Shown here: piece by piece, positions 7,493 to 15,045 of the stretch
How positions within the stretch are numbered: position 1 is the stretch's first letter
Layout of the letters: every line of letters begins with the position of its first letter
IMG/VR virus record: IMGVR_UViG_3300029240_000028
Coordinates: 1-33,248 of that record
DNA length: 33,248 nt
Source: a virus
Strand: one strand, 5' to 3'
Translations under genes and position numbers: made by a program
Notes under the pieces: model-generated
The model's input: only the letters and a program-made list of their open reading frames with translations
What the model was told of the DNA's origin: nothing
Databases searched by the model: none

Positions 7493-7796
7493 ATACGAAG
7501 AAGCAATCGAAACAATAAACAATGAAATTCTTTTGTGTTATGGAGAAGAAACGGTTGGAGATTATGAATCAGATACAGACGATTTATATAATGCTTTCGA
7601 TTCGCTAAAAAAATTAGCGAGCAAAGAAACACCTAAGAAACCTATTGACATTGAATTTGGCCCATGTGGCGATTTGATGTTATGTTGTCCAACTTGCAAG
7701 CATGGAGTTGTTCCAATTCCAACATATCATGGGAATAAATATTACCCTCGTTGTCCTTTTTGTGGGCAGAAGTTAGAAGGAGAAGAAAATGAATAA
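7485..7796 (+). CDS. Hypothetical protein with C-terminal zinc ribbon
   Basis: CCPTCKH...RCPFCGQ. Its N-terminal ~48 aa are paralogous to those of the next gene. Confidence 0.65.
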   Translation: MNEYEEAIETINNEILLCYGEETVGDYESDTDDLYNAFDSLKKLASKETPKKPIDIEFGPCGDLMLCCPTCKHGVVPIPTYHGNKYYPRCPFCGQKLEGEENE

Positions 7797-8208
7797 ATAT
7801 CAAAAAGCTATTGAAGTAATAGATACATTACTTCACTTAATGTGTGGAGAAGAAAGAGAAGATGGATATAAGCCGACTATGGAAGAAATGTCTAATTCTA
7901 TGGATTGGTTAAAAGATTTAGCTAATAAAGCAGAATCATTTGAATGGATTCCTGTTTCTGAAAAGCTTCCAAATGAGCATGATAGTGTATTTGCTAAATC
8001 GTATGGAACAGATAAATGGAACAATATGTTTTGGAGAACAACATCAAATAGAGTGATTGCAACAATTAAATATAATGACGGTACGGTAATTGTTAAAGAG
8101 GCATTTACTCATGATGGGGAATGGACTGTCGAGAAGAAAAACATAAACTGTAAAGTTATAGCATGGATGCCATTACCAAATCCATACAAGGAGAAAGAAA
8201 ATGAATAG
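7789..8208 (+). CDS. DUF551-domain protein
   Basis: FEWIPVSEKLPNEHDSV is the DUF551 hallmark. The N-terminal module is shared with the 7485 protein. Confidence 0.65.
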   Translation: MNKYQKAIEVIDTLLHLMCGEEREDGYKPTMEEMSNSMDWLKDLANKAESFEWIPVSEKLPNEHDSVFAKSYGTDKWNNMFWRTTSNRVIATIKYNDGTVIVKEAFTHDGEWTVEKKNINCKVIAWMPLPNPYKEKENE

Positions 8209-8383
8209 TAAGCACGCAGATAGATGGGAAGAATTACGCCAAAAAAATCCACGTCTAGCAATGGAATATTTAAGAATTTACACCACTATGGAGAAAGCTC
8301 AAAAGCATTTTAATAATTTTAAAAAAGATTGTAACGATTGGCTAGATAATATTTATAAGGATGGAGTGAAAGAAAATGATTAA
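8201..8383 (+). CDS. Hypothetical protein
   Basis: 60-aa ORF with AAGGAGAA SD. Confidence 0.55.
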   Translation: MNSKHADRWEELRQKNPRLAMEYLRIYTTMEKAQKHFNNFKKDCNDWLDNIYKDGVKEND

Positions 8384-8858
8384 TGTAGCAGTAATAGCAG
8401 GGCACTTAACTAAAGATGTTGAACTATCAAAAACACAAAACGGAAATAGCGTAGCAAAGTTTACGGTAGCAGTAAATGGATACAATGATACTACAGATTT
8501 TATTAATTGTGTAGCATGGAATAAATTGGCAGATATTGTAAATATGTATTGCAAGAAAGGCGATTTAGTTACGGTTGAAGGAAGAATCAGTGTTAGAAAT
8601 TATGAGAATCAACAAGGACAAAGAATTTATATCACTGAAGTGGTGGCTAGTAACGTGCAATTACCGCCTAAAAACGTTTCTAATGGGCAAAATTTCAGTT
8701 CTAATGTAAATGCATATCAATATCCAAACCAAGCAAATAGCAACGCTTACGGCGTTCAAAACACATATACGCAACCTAGCTTAACACAACAAATTGCACA
8801 ACAAGAATATAATGGTGGAAGTGATTTAGAAATTGCTTCAGATGATTTACCATTCTAG
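8376..8858 (+). CDS. ssb: Single-stranded DNA-binding protein
   Basis: OB-fold signature INVAVIAGHLTKDVEL...FINCVAWNKLA...GDLVTVEGRI, a Q/N-rich linker, and the acidic C-terminal tip DDLPF. Confidence 0.95.
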   Translation: MINVAVIAGHLTKDVELSKTQNGNSVAKFTVAVNGYNDTTDFINCVAWNKLADIVNMYCKKGDLVTVEGRISVRNYENQQGQRIYITEVVASNVQLPPKNVSNGQNFSSNVNAYQYPNQANSNAYGVQNTYTQPSLTQQIAQQEYNGGSDLEIASDDLPF

Positions 8859-8870
8859 GAGGTGGCTTTA

Positions 8871-9065
8871 ATAGAAATGAATTATGAAGAAAGGATTAAA
8901 GATTTAATTTCTAAAAACAACAGATTAGGAAGGACGAATATTCAGTTAATTCAAAAGATTAAAGAAAAAGATGAAACAATACACAATCAAACTTTAGAAT
9001 TGAGGCAATTAAGAAATAAAGTTGGTGAATTAGAAGATAGATTGATGAGGATGTATGTATCATGA
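8871..9065 (+). CDS. Small coiled-coil protein (start is ATA 8871 or ATG 8877)
   Basis: GGAGG at 8858-8862. ATA 8871 is 8 nt downstream and ATG 8877 is 14 nt downstream. Confidence 0.55.
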   Translation: MEMNYEERIKDLISKNNRLGRTNIQLIQKIKEKDETIHNQTLELRQLRNKVGELEDRLMRMYVS

Positions 9066-9388
9066 GCACATATGAAGATGTTAAAAGACACTTCTTGTGT
9101 GAATGTAAAAGCTACACTTATTATGAGCAGAGAATAGCAGAGCTACAAAGGGATGAAGCTATTTATCCTTTAAAAGCCGAGCTATTCTTAGCTCATGCAG
9201 ATTATGCAAGAAGAATGAATTATGTAAAAGACAAATTAAGCCAACTTGATGATACAACTCGAACAATGATTGAGTATAGATATATAAAAGGATTCAGTGC
9301 AGAAAAGACATCTAATATTGTAGGTTATGCAAGAGAAGAAATCCCAAGAAAGATAAACAAGAATTTAAAGAAAGTGCTCACAATGTGA
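9062..9388 (+). CDS. ArpU/RinA-like late-gene regulator (sigma-70 region-4-like HTH)
   Basis: C-terminal IEYRYIKGFSAEKTSNIVGYAREEIPRKINKNLKKV resembles sigma region 4. It sits at the early/late boundary. Confidence 0.55.
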   Translation: MSTYEDVKRHFLCECKSYTYYEQRIAELQRDEAIYPLKAELFLAHADYARRMNYVKDKLSQLDDTTRTMIEYRYIKGFSAEKTSNIVGYAREEIPRKINKNLKKVLTM

Positions 9389-9397
9389 GCATTTTTT
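9375..9397 (+). terminator. Intrinsic terminator overlapping the stop codon of the late-regulator gene
   Basis: TGCTCAC aat GTGAGCA forms a perfect 7-bp stem with a 3-nt loop, followed by TTTTTT. Confidence 0.7.
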
Positions 9398-9414
9398 CAT
9401 GTAATAATTGTTTT

Positions 9415-9490
9415 AGCAGGATAGAGCAGTAGTAGCTCACTAGTCTTATTAGCTAGAGGTCGAATGGTGCAAATCCTTCTCCTGCAACCA
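9415..9490 (+). tRNA. tRNA with anticodon UAU (reads AUA), initiator-like acceptor and D stems, encoded CCA
   Basis: Hand-folded cloverleaf. Acceptor AGCAGGA/TCCTGCA with an A1xA72 mismatch. D stem GAGC/GCTC. Anticodon stem CTAGT/GCTAG. Loop CTTATTA, with anticodon TAT at 9447-9449. Variable loop AGGTC. T arm GAA(T)GG-TGCAAAT-CCTTC with one bulge or mismatch. Ends ACCA. Confidence 0.7.
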
Positions 9491-9570
9491 TGATTACAAA
9501 GCCTATCAGTAAGTCCTTCCCAAATTAGATATTAAATACCAACAATGGCATACAATTAGGCTTTTATATT

Positions 9571-9596
9571 ACCGAGCGTTTGTCTCGGTTCTTTTA
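9571..9596 (+). terminator. Intrinsic terminator downstream of the tRNA
   Basis: ACCGAG cgtttgt CTCGGT followed by TCTTTT. Confidence 0.65.
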
Positions 9597-9613
9597 ATAA
9601 TAAGGAGGAGAAT

Positions 9614-9859
9614 ATGGGTTCAAAAGAATTTCAAGAATTAGCAATGAATGCAGTATTTCAAGTGAATCCAAATATTGCAATCAGTGAAATGTTCGTTGTA
9701 TGGATGGTTAAAGTGCTTCAAAACAATAAAGCATTGATTAGTGCTCAAAGTACAGACAATTACTATGAGGTAACGTATAACGGCGATAAAAAGGAATTAT
9801 ACGTTGATGAATACATAAAGAATACAAATACTTGTTTAAACGTAAATGACGCTCTATGA
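9614..9859 (+). CDS. Hypothetical protein (DUF6275-like)
   Basis: 81 aa with AAGGAGGAG SD. VVWMVKVLQNNKALISA..YYEVTYNGDKKELYVDEY resembles a conserved Firmicutes-phage family, recalled from memory. Confidence 0.65.
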   Translation: MGSKEFQELAMNAVFQVNPNIAISEMFVVWMVKVLQNNKALISAQSTDNYYEVTYNGDKKELYVDEYIKNTNTCLNVNDAL

Positions 9860-9879
9860 GTTTAAAAGGAGGGAGAATA

Positions 9880-10462
9880 ATGAACATTGTTGAAAAAAGA
9901 TTAAATGAGCTAAAACCTTATGAGAATAACCCTAGAATCAATGATGGAGCAGTGAAATTTGTTAAAAAATTCTATTGAGGAATTCGGTTTCAAAGTCCCT
10001 ATTGTTATTGATAAAAATGGAGTGATTGTTGCAGGTCATACACGATATAAAGCTAGTCAAGAATTAGGCTTAGAAACTGTTCCTTGCGTGGTTGCAGATG
10101 ATTTAACAGATGAGCAAGTAAAAGCATTTAGAATTGCAGATAATAAAACGGCAGAAAAAGCTTCATGGGATTTAGACGCATTAAAGACAGAAATGGAAGA
10201 GCTAGAAGAAATTGACGGAATCGATATGAGAGATTTTGGATTCGGCGATTTTGAAATTAGTGCACTAACTGAGGATATGGAAGCAGAAGGATACGATAAT
10301 GAGCTTATGGACGCATTTAGCGAACATTCAGAAGAAATGCTAAAAAAACAACGTGTAATCATTACATATGAAACAGAGGAAGAACAACTATTCTTAGAGA
10401 AACTTTTACAGGTAACTGAATTAAAAGTGTGCTACGACATCAAGGAATTAATGCATGAATAA
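9880..10462 (+). pseudogene. ParB-like nuclease-domain gene interrupted by a +1 frameshift in an A6 run (9964-9969)
   Basis: Frame 1 gives MNIVEKRLNELKPYENNPRINDGAVKFVKK and stops at 9976. Frame 2 continues KNSIEEFGFKVPIVIDKNGVIVAGHTRYKAS...AFRIADNK. Removing one A restores a canonical ParB-N domain. Confidence 0.75.
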
Positions 10463-10511
10463 TATCTATTATGCAATAGCTTAATTATTAAAAGAAAATG
10501 GAGGATATAAG

Positions 10512-11819
10512 GTGAATAAAATTAGTGAGACTTATCAATCACCAAGATGGACAGGAGAAATCGCAGATTGCTCATTACCAGTAACATTTGATACATATTC
10601 CAACTGTTCATTTGGATGTGTTTATTGTTTTAGCCAATATCAAAGAGGCATTGGTGCAAGTAAAGAAGCATATCTTAATAAAGATGTGAAATGTATCAAT
10701 GTTGAGAAGTGTAAAAAGATTTTCAGTGGAGAAGATACAAAATCACAATTCTATAAATACATTAAAGACAGACGTCCTATTCAATATGGTGGATTATCAG
10801 ACCAATTCGACGGATACGAAAAGAAATATGGTAAAACCTATGAAATGCTCAAGTATTTGAAATCTATTAACTATCCTATTTGTTTTAGCACGAAATCGGC
10901 ATGGGTATTTAACGACCCTAAATATCAAGAATTATTCAAAGGTGCAGATAATTGGAATGTTAAGTTTAGTATCATCACACTAGATGAAGAGGACGCAAGA
11001 AAAATTGAAGTAGGTGTACCAAGTCCAAGAAAAAGACTTGAAGCAATGAAAAAATATACTGAATTATCAAAAGGTGGTGCAACTTTAAGGTTACGTCCAT
11101 TTATTGTAGGAGTTTCAGATAAAACCTATCTAGATTTAATTAGAGAAGCCAAAAAGGCAGGAGCAACGGCAGTTACTACGGAGTTCTTTTGCTTAGAAAT
11201 GCGCTCTATTAAACAAGCTAAGGAGCATTATGATGTGATTAGTGAATGTGCAGGATTTGATATTGTAGATTTCTATCGAAAACATTCAAATGGAAGTGGA
11301 TATTTAAGACTTAACAGAAAAGTAAAGGCTAAATACATTCAAAAGATGAAAGAGTTATGTGATGAATTAGGCATGAGATTCTATGTATCAGACGCACACT
11401 TTAAAGAATGCTCGAATAACTGTTGTTGTTGCGCATTAGACAAGAATTGGGATTACTCAAGAGGAAACTTTAGTGGAGCTTTACAAATTGCAAAGAAACA
11501 TGGAAGAGTACATTGGAAAGATATTGAAAAGGATATGTACTTCTTAGACTTTGAACGTAACAAAGCAATTGGCTTTAATACAAATACATCAGAAACTAGA
11601 GCAAAATATGCAGGAATGACAATGAAGGATTATCTGCATTATTTATGGAATTCACCAAAAGCAGGACAATCACCTTACAAGATTTTTGAGAAAGTCTTAA
11701 AGCCTGTAGGATTTGATGAAAATAATGACATCATTTATGAATACGATAATTCAGTAACATTCTTAAAAAGAACAGAGGAGATTACAGAACTTGAAACAGA
11801 AGAAGCAAGACATGTCTAG
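10512..11819 (+). CDS. Radical SAM enzyme (SplB/COG1533-like architecture), function unknown
   Basis: CX3CX2C motif NCSFGCVYCF near the N-terminus. 435 aa. GTG start after GGAGGA. Confidence 0.75.
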   Translation: MNKISETYQSPRWTGEIADCSLPVTFDTYSNCSFGCVYCFSQYQRGIGASKEAYLNKDVKCINVEKCKKIFSGEDTKSQFYKYIKDRRPIQYGGLSDQFDGYEKKYGKTYEMLKYLKSINYPICFSTKSAWVFNDPKYQELFKGADNWNVKFSIITLDEEDARKIEVGVPSPRKRLEAMKKYTELSKGGATLRLRPFIVGVSDKTYLDLIREAKKAGATAVTTEFFCLEMRSIKQAKEHYDVISECAGFDIVDFYRKHSNGSGYLRLNRKVKAKYIQKMKELCDELGMRFYVSDAHFKECSNNCCCCALDKNWDYSRGNFSGALQIAKKHGRVHWKDIEKDMYFLDFERNKAIGFNTNTSETRAKYAGMTMKDYLHYLWNSPKAGQSPYKIFEKVLKPVGFDENNDIIYEYDNSVTFLKRTEEITELETEEARHV

Positions 11820-11961
11820 AGAAGAACATTTACGCCAAATGAAAAGCGTTGAAGAAGAATTAGAAAACACGACATCAGAATACAGAAAAAGAGATTTAAG
11901 AAAAAGATTGCAAAGGCTTAAAAAGCAATTGAATCAATATGATTGTTATAGGGGGTATTAA
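11812..11961 (+). CDS. Small basic coiled-coil protein (49 aa, below the track cutoff)
   Basis: ATG 11812 overlaps the radical-SAM stop. MSREEHLRQMKSVEEELENTTSEYRKRDLRKRLQRLKKQLNQYDCYRGY. Confidence 0.45.
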   Translation: MSREEHLRQMKSVEEELENTTSEYRKRDLRKRLQRLKKQLNQYDCYRGY

Positions 11962-11962
11962 A

Positions 11963-12304
11963 ATAGCAGAGAAACACGCAGGAGGACGTCCAAGGATAAA
12001 GATTGATTATGAAGCAGTTGAAAAGCTTGCTTCTATTGGATGTACTCAAGAAGAAATTGCAGATTTTCTAGGATGTTCAGTAAGAACATTATTAAGAAAT
12101 AAAAAGTTTTGTCAGACATATAAAAGAGGTATAAGCCACTCAAAAAGAAGTTTAAGACGTATGCAGTTTGACAAAGCGTCAAAAGGGAATACGACCATGC
12201 TTATTTGGTTAGGTAAACAAATGCTTGGACAGAGAGAAAAGGTTGAACAAACAATGACACACGAGATTGAGGACCTAACACCTTTGGCAGATTTATTGAA
12301 ATGA
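11963..12304 (+). CDS. terS: Terminase small subunit (HTH type), proposed ATA start
   Basis: AEKHAGGRPRIKIDYEAVEKLASIGCTQEEIADFLGCSVRTL...NTTMLIWLGKQMLGQRE. ATA GCA at 11963 lies 7 nt after GGGGG (11951-11955). The alternative ATG 11939 has no SD. Confidence 0.8.
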   Translation: MAEKHAGGRPRIKIDYEAVEKLASIGCTQEEIADFLGCSVRTLLRNKKFCQTYKRGISHSKRSLRRMQFDKASKGNTTMLIWLGKQMLGQREKVEQTMTHEIEDLTPLADLLK

Positions 12305-13638
12305 TGACTAGAACGATTCCGTGGGGGAAATTTTCAGATAAACATAAGAACTATATTAAGACCGCCCTAAATTACAAACAAAGTGTAGCAGAAGGAGCGG
12401 TACGAAGTGGCAAGACGATTGACCACTGCATAATCTTTTCAATGTATTTGGAAACATGTGAAGATAAAATACATTTAGCGAGTGGGTCAAGCTTACCGAA
12501 TGCAAAATTAAATATAGGTGACTGCAATGGTTTCGGCTTAGAGCATATCTTTCGTGGACGGTGTCGTTGGGGTAAATACAAATCAAACGAAGCGTTATTT
12601 GTCCAAACAAAGGCAGGCGAAAAGATTGTTATATTTACAGGTGGTGGGAAGTCCGATTCATATAAAAGCATATTAGGTAACTCATATGGTGGATGGATTG
12701 CCACCGAAATAAATGAGCATTACGATTGTGAGGATTCTAGAACAAGCTTTATCAAGGTAGCAATGGCAAGACAGATTGCTAGTGTACATCCATTTACATT
12801 ATGGGATTTAAACCCATCAAACCCAAACGCAGACATTTATAAGAATTACATAGATAAATTCATGGGATTAGATTGGTACAGATATGAGCACTTCAATATT
12901 TTCGACAATGCTACAATGAGCCAAGAAAGAATCGAAGAAATCCAAAACAAATATGACATGAATTCAGTATGGTACAAGCGAGATATTCTAGGGGAAAGAA
13001 TGGTTGCCGAAGGACTTGTATTCCCTTATTTTGCTAATGACTGCAAGCCTTACCTATTCAAATATCAGAGTCTAAAAGAAAAGATGAAGGAAGAAGGTAA
13101 ACGGTTTAGTCATTTAATCATAGGTGTTGACTTTGGAGACAATGGCTCGAAATATTCATGGCATTTAACAGGGTTTACAAATGATTGGGATTATATGTGG
13201 GCACTTGATGAAGGAGACATGGCAAAATCTAATTCCATAGACGCAACAAAGTTCTGCAAAGCGTTTGTAAGGTTCTATAAGCGTTGTATTGAATGTTACG
13301 GATATGTGGAATGGATATTTCCGGACAGTGCTTCTAATACATTAATTAACACGCTTAGAGCTTATTTTTACGCCGAAGGATTAGACGGAAGTATAATTGC
13401 ACCAGTTAAGAAGAATGAGCTTGCAGACCGTCCTATAACGGTTGATAGCTTACTTGTTACAGGGCGATTAAAGATAGAAGAACATTGTAAGAACTTAATA
13501 AACGCATTGAGCGAATTAGTATGGGATGAGAAGAAAGACATTCCAAAAGATGAGAACGTAAACAATATAAATGATGATTGGGATTCGTTCTGCTATACAT
13601 TTATCACACATAGTGGATATATAGATTTAAGGAGGTAA
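12301..13638 (+). CDS. terL: Terminase large subunit
   Basis: Walker A GAVRSGKT, and size and architecture of a PBSX-type TerL. The start overlaps the terS stop as ATGA. Confidence 0.9.
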   Translation: MMTRTIPWGKFSDKHKNYIKTALNYKQSVAEGAVRSGKTIDHCIIFSMYLETCEDKIHLASGSSLPNAKLNIGDCNGFGLEHIFRGRCRWGKYKSNEALFVQTKAGEKIVIFTGGGKSDSYKSILGNSYGGWIATEINEHYDCEDSRTSFIKVAMARQIASVHPFTLWDLNPSNPNADIYKNYIDKFMGLDWYRYEHFNIFDNATMSQERIEEIQNKYDMNSVWYKRDILGERMVAEGLVFPYFANDCKPYLFKYQSLKEKMKEEGKRFSHLIIGVDFGDNGSKYSWHLTGFTNDWDYMWALDEGDMAKSNSIDATKFCKAFVRFYKRCIECYGYVEWIFPDSASNTLINTLRAYFYAEGLDGSIIAPVKKNELADRPITVDSLLVTGRLKIEEHCKNLINALSELVWDEKKDIPKDENVNNINDDWDSFCYTFITHSGYIDLRR

Positions 13639-13641
13639 GAA

Positions 13642-15045
13642 ATAGAAACATCTAACACACGTAATCCGTGGTTTCAGAATTACCTAAACGATAGAGGGTA
13701 TTATGTAGATACAAACGCAATTGAGATTATTGAATTGTGTAATAAGTGGTATACAAATACCGAAACAGAATTTCATACGGCATACACCTTGAACAATGAG
13801 GAATACACGCTAGACAAGACAGATTTTGCAAAGCGTTTATGCGAGGATGATGCAAACCTTATTGAAATCTTGGATATAAACGCAACAGAGGACAGTACAA
13901 CAAATGATATTATTTCAGACATTCTAACAAAGAATAGATTTGATGTAATGTACAGAAAACAAGTTGAGCAAATGTCTGCAAACGGAACAGTAGGTGCTTA
14001 TGTAACGGTATCAAATGCCGAGATTTATGAAGATGGTACATTCAGTGGAGGAGAAATCAGAATCAACTATTGTGATTCAATGAATATCCTTCCATTGACT
14101 GTTATCAATGATGAAATCGTTGAGGTAGCTTTCGTTGGAGTAAATTATGAAAAATTAAAAAAAGTATATGTGATGGTCATGTTCTTAAAAGGGCAAGATG
14201 AAAGATATATTGCAGAAACACATTACTTTAAAGATACAGGCGAAGAAATAAAAGAGCGTGCTCAGATTGTTCAACTAGATGTTGTAAAGCCGTTTGCAAT
14301 TATGAGAAATGCAAAGGTCAATAACTTACAAATGCAAGGGTACGGCTTACCGAAGATTTGGAGCGCAATCGCTCCACTAAAAACAATTGATTTAACAATG
14401 ACAATGTGGAATCGTGATTTGTTGAAATCAGATAAAATCGTTCTTGTGAATGAAGCATTAATGCAGAAAGACGAGAATGGAAAGATTAAGATGAATCCAC
14501 AAATGAAAAAGATATTTGTTCAGTTAGGTAGAGATAAGCTTCCGGAAGAAAAAGCTTTATGGCAAGAATATAATCCAACAGTAAGAACGGCAGAAGTTGT
14601 TCAATCACTAGAAACTGCGTTAAGTATCTTATCTATGATGTTTGGATTTGGTACAAAGAAATATACGTTTGAAAGTGGAAGAATCGTAACGGCTACAGAA
14701 TATATCGGTGAGAATCAAGACGCAATGAAGGAAGTTAACTCACAACGTAAAGAATCTACTGCATATATTCAAGATATCATTCAAGCAATAGCGTACTTCT
14801 ATGAATTGACACAAGGCAGAAAGCTTAATATCAATTCATTAGACATTGCTATTGATTATGATGATACATACATTGAAGATAAACAAAGCACTGCACAAGC
14901 GTTAAGGAATGACGCATTAACATTTGATATTCCAAGATTGAAGATTATGTATTTTATGAAGCAATACGGCTTTACTGAAGAAGAAGCAACGGAGTTATTA
15001 AATGAAGAAATTCAAGATGATGGAGAGGAGGATGAAGAAGAATAG
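13642..15045 (+). CDS. Portal protein (SPP1 Gp6-like), proposed ATA start
   Basis: The frame opens at 13639, right after the TerL stop. ATA 13642 lies 6 nt after GGAGG (13631-13635). The N-terminus NPWFQNYLNDRGYYVDTNAIEIIELCNKWY is portal-like, and the first canonical start is TTG 13735. Confidence 0.9.
   Translation: METSNTRNPWFQNYLNDRGYYVDTNAIEIIELCNKWYTNTETEFHTAYTLNNEEYTLDKTDFAKRLCEDDANLIEILDINATEDSTTNDIISDILTKNRFDVMYRKQVEQMSANGTVGAYVTVSNAEIYEDGTFSGGEIRINYCDSMNILPLTVINDEIVEVAFVGVNYEKLKKVYVMVMFLKGQDERYIAETHYFKDTGEEIKERAQIVQLDVVKPFAIMRNAKVNNLQMQGYGLPKIWSAIAPLKTIDLTMTMWNRDLLKSDKIVLVNEALMQKDENGKIKMNPQMKKIFVQLGRDKLPEEKALWQEYNPTVRTAEVVQSLETALSILSMMFGFGTKKYTFESGRIVTATEYIGENQDAMKEVNSQRKESTAYIQDIIQAIAYFYELTQGRKLNINSLDIAIDYDDTYIEDKQSTAQALRNDALTFDIPRLKIMYFMKQYGFTEEEATELLNEEIQDDGEEDEEE

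Noticed and set aside
9415-9490. tRNA as an ordinary elongator tRNA-Ile(UAU) supplementing AT-rich codon usage, or as an att-site remnant
   Set aside because: Internal ATA codons are abundant, so an elongator role cannot be excluded. However, the 1x72 mismatch, G2:C71, C3:G70, A73 and A11:U24 are initiator-type features, and the 1x72 mismatch disfavours EF-Tu binding in the E. coli paradigm. It is a complete cloverleaf with CCA, sits in the middle of the genome, and no integrase is nearby, so an att remnant is unlikely.
12356-13565. Minus-strand ORFs inside terL (12356-12610, 12372-12704, 13368-13565)
   Set aside because: They are antisense to a strongly supported terminase gene and lack SDs.
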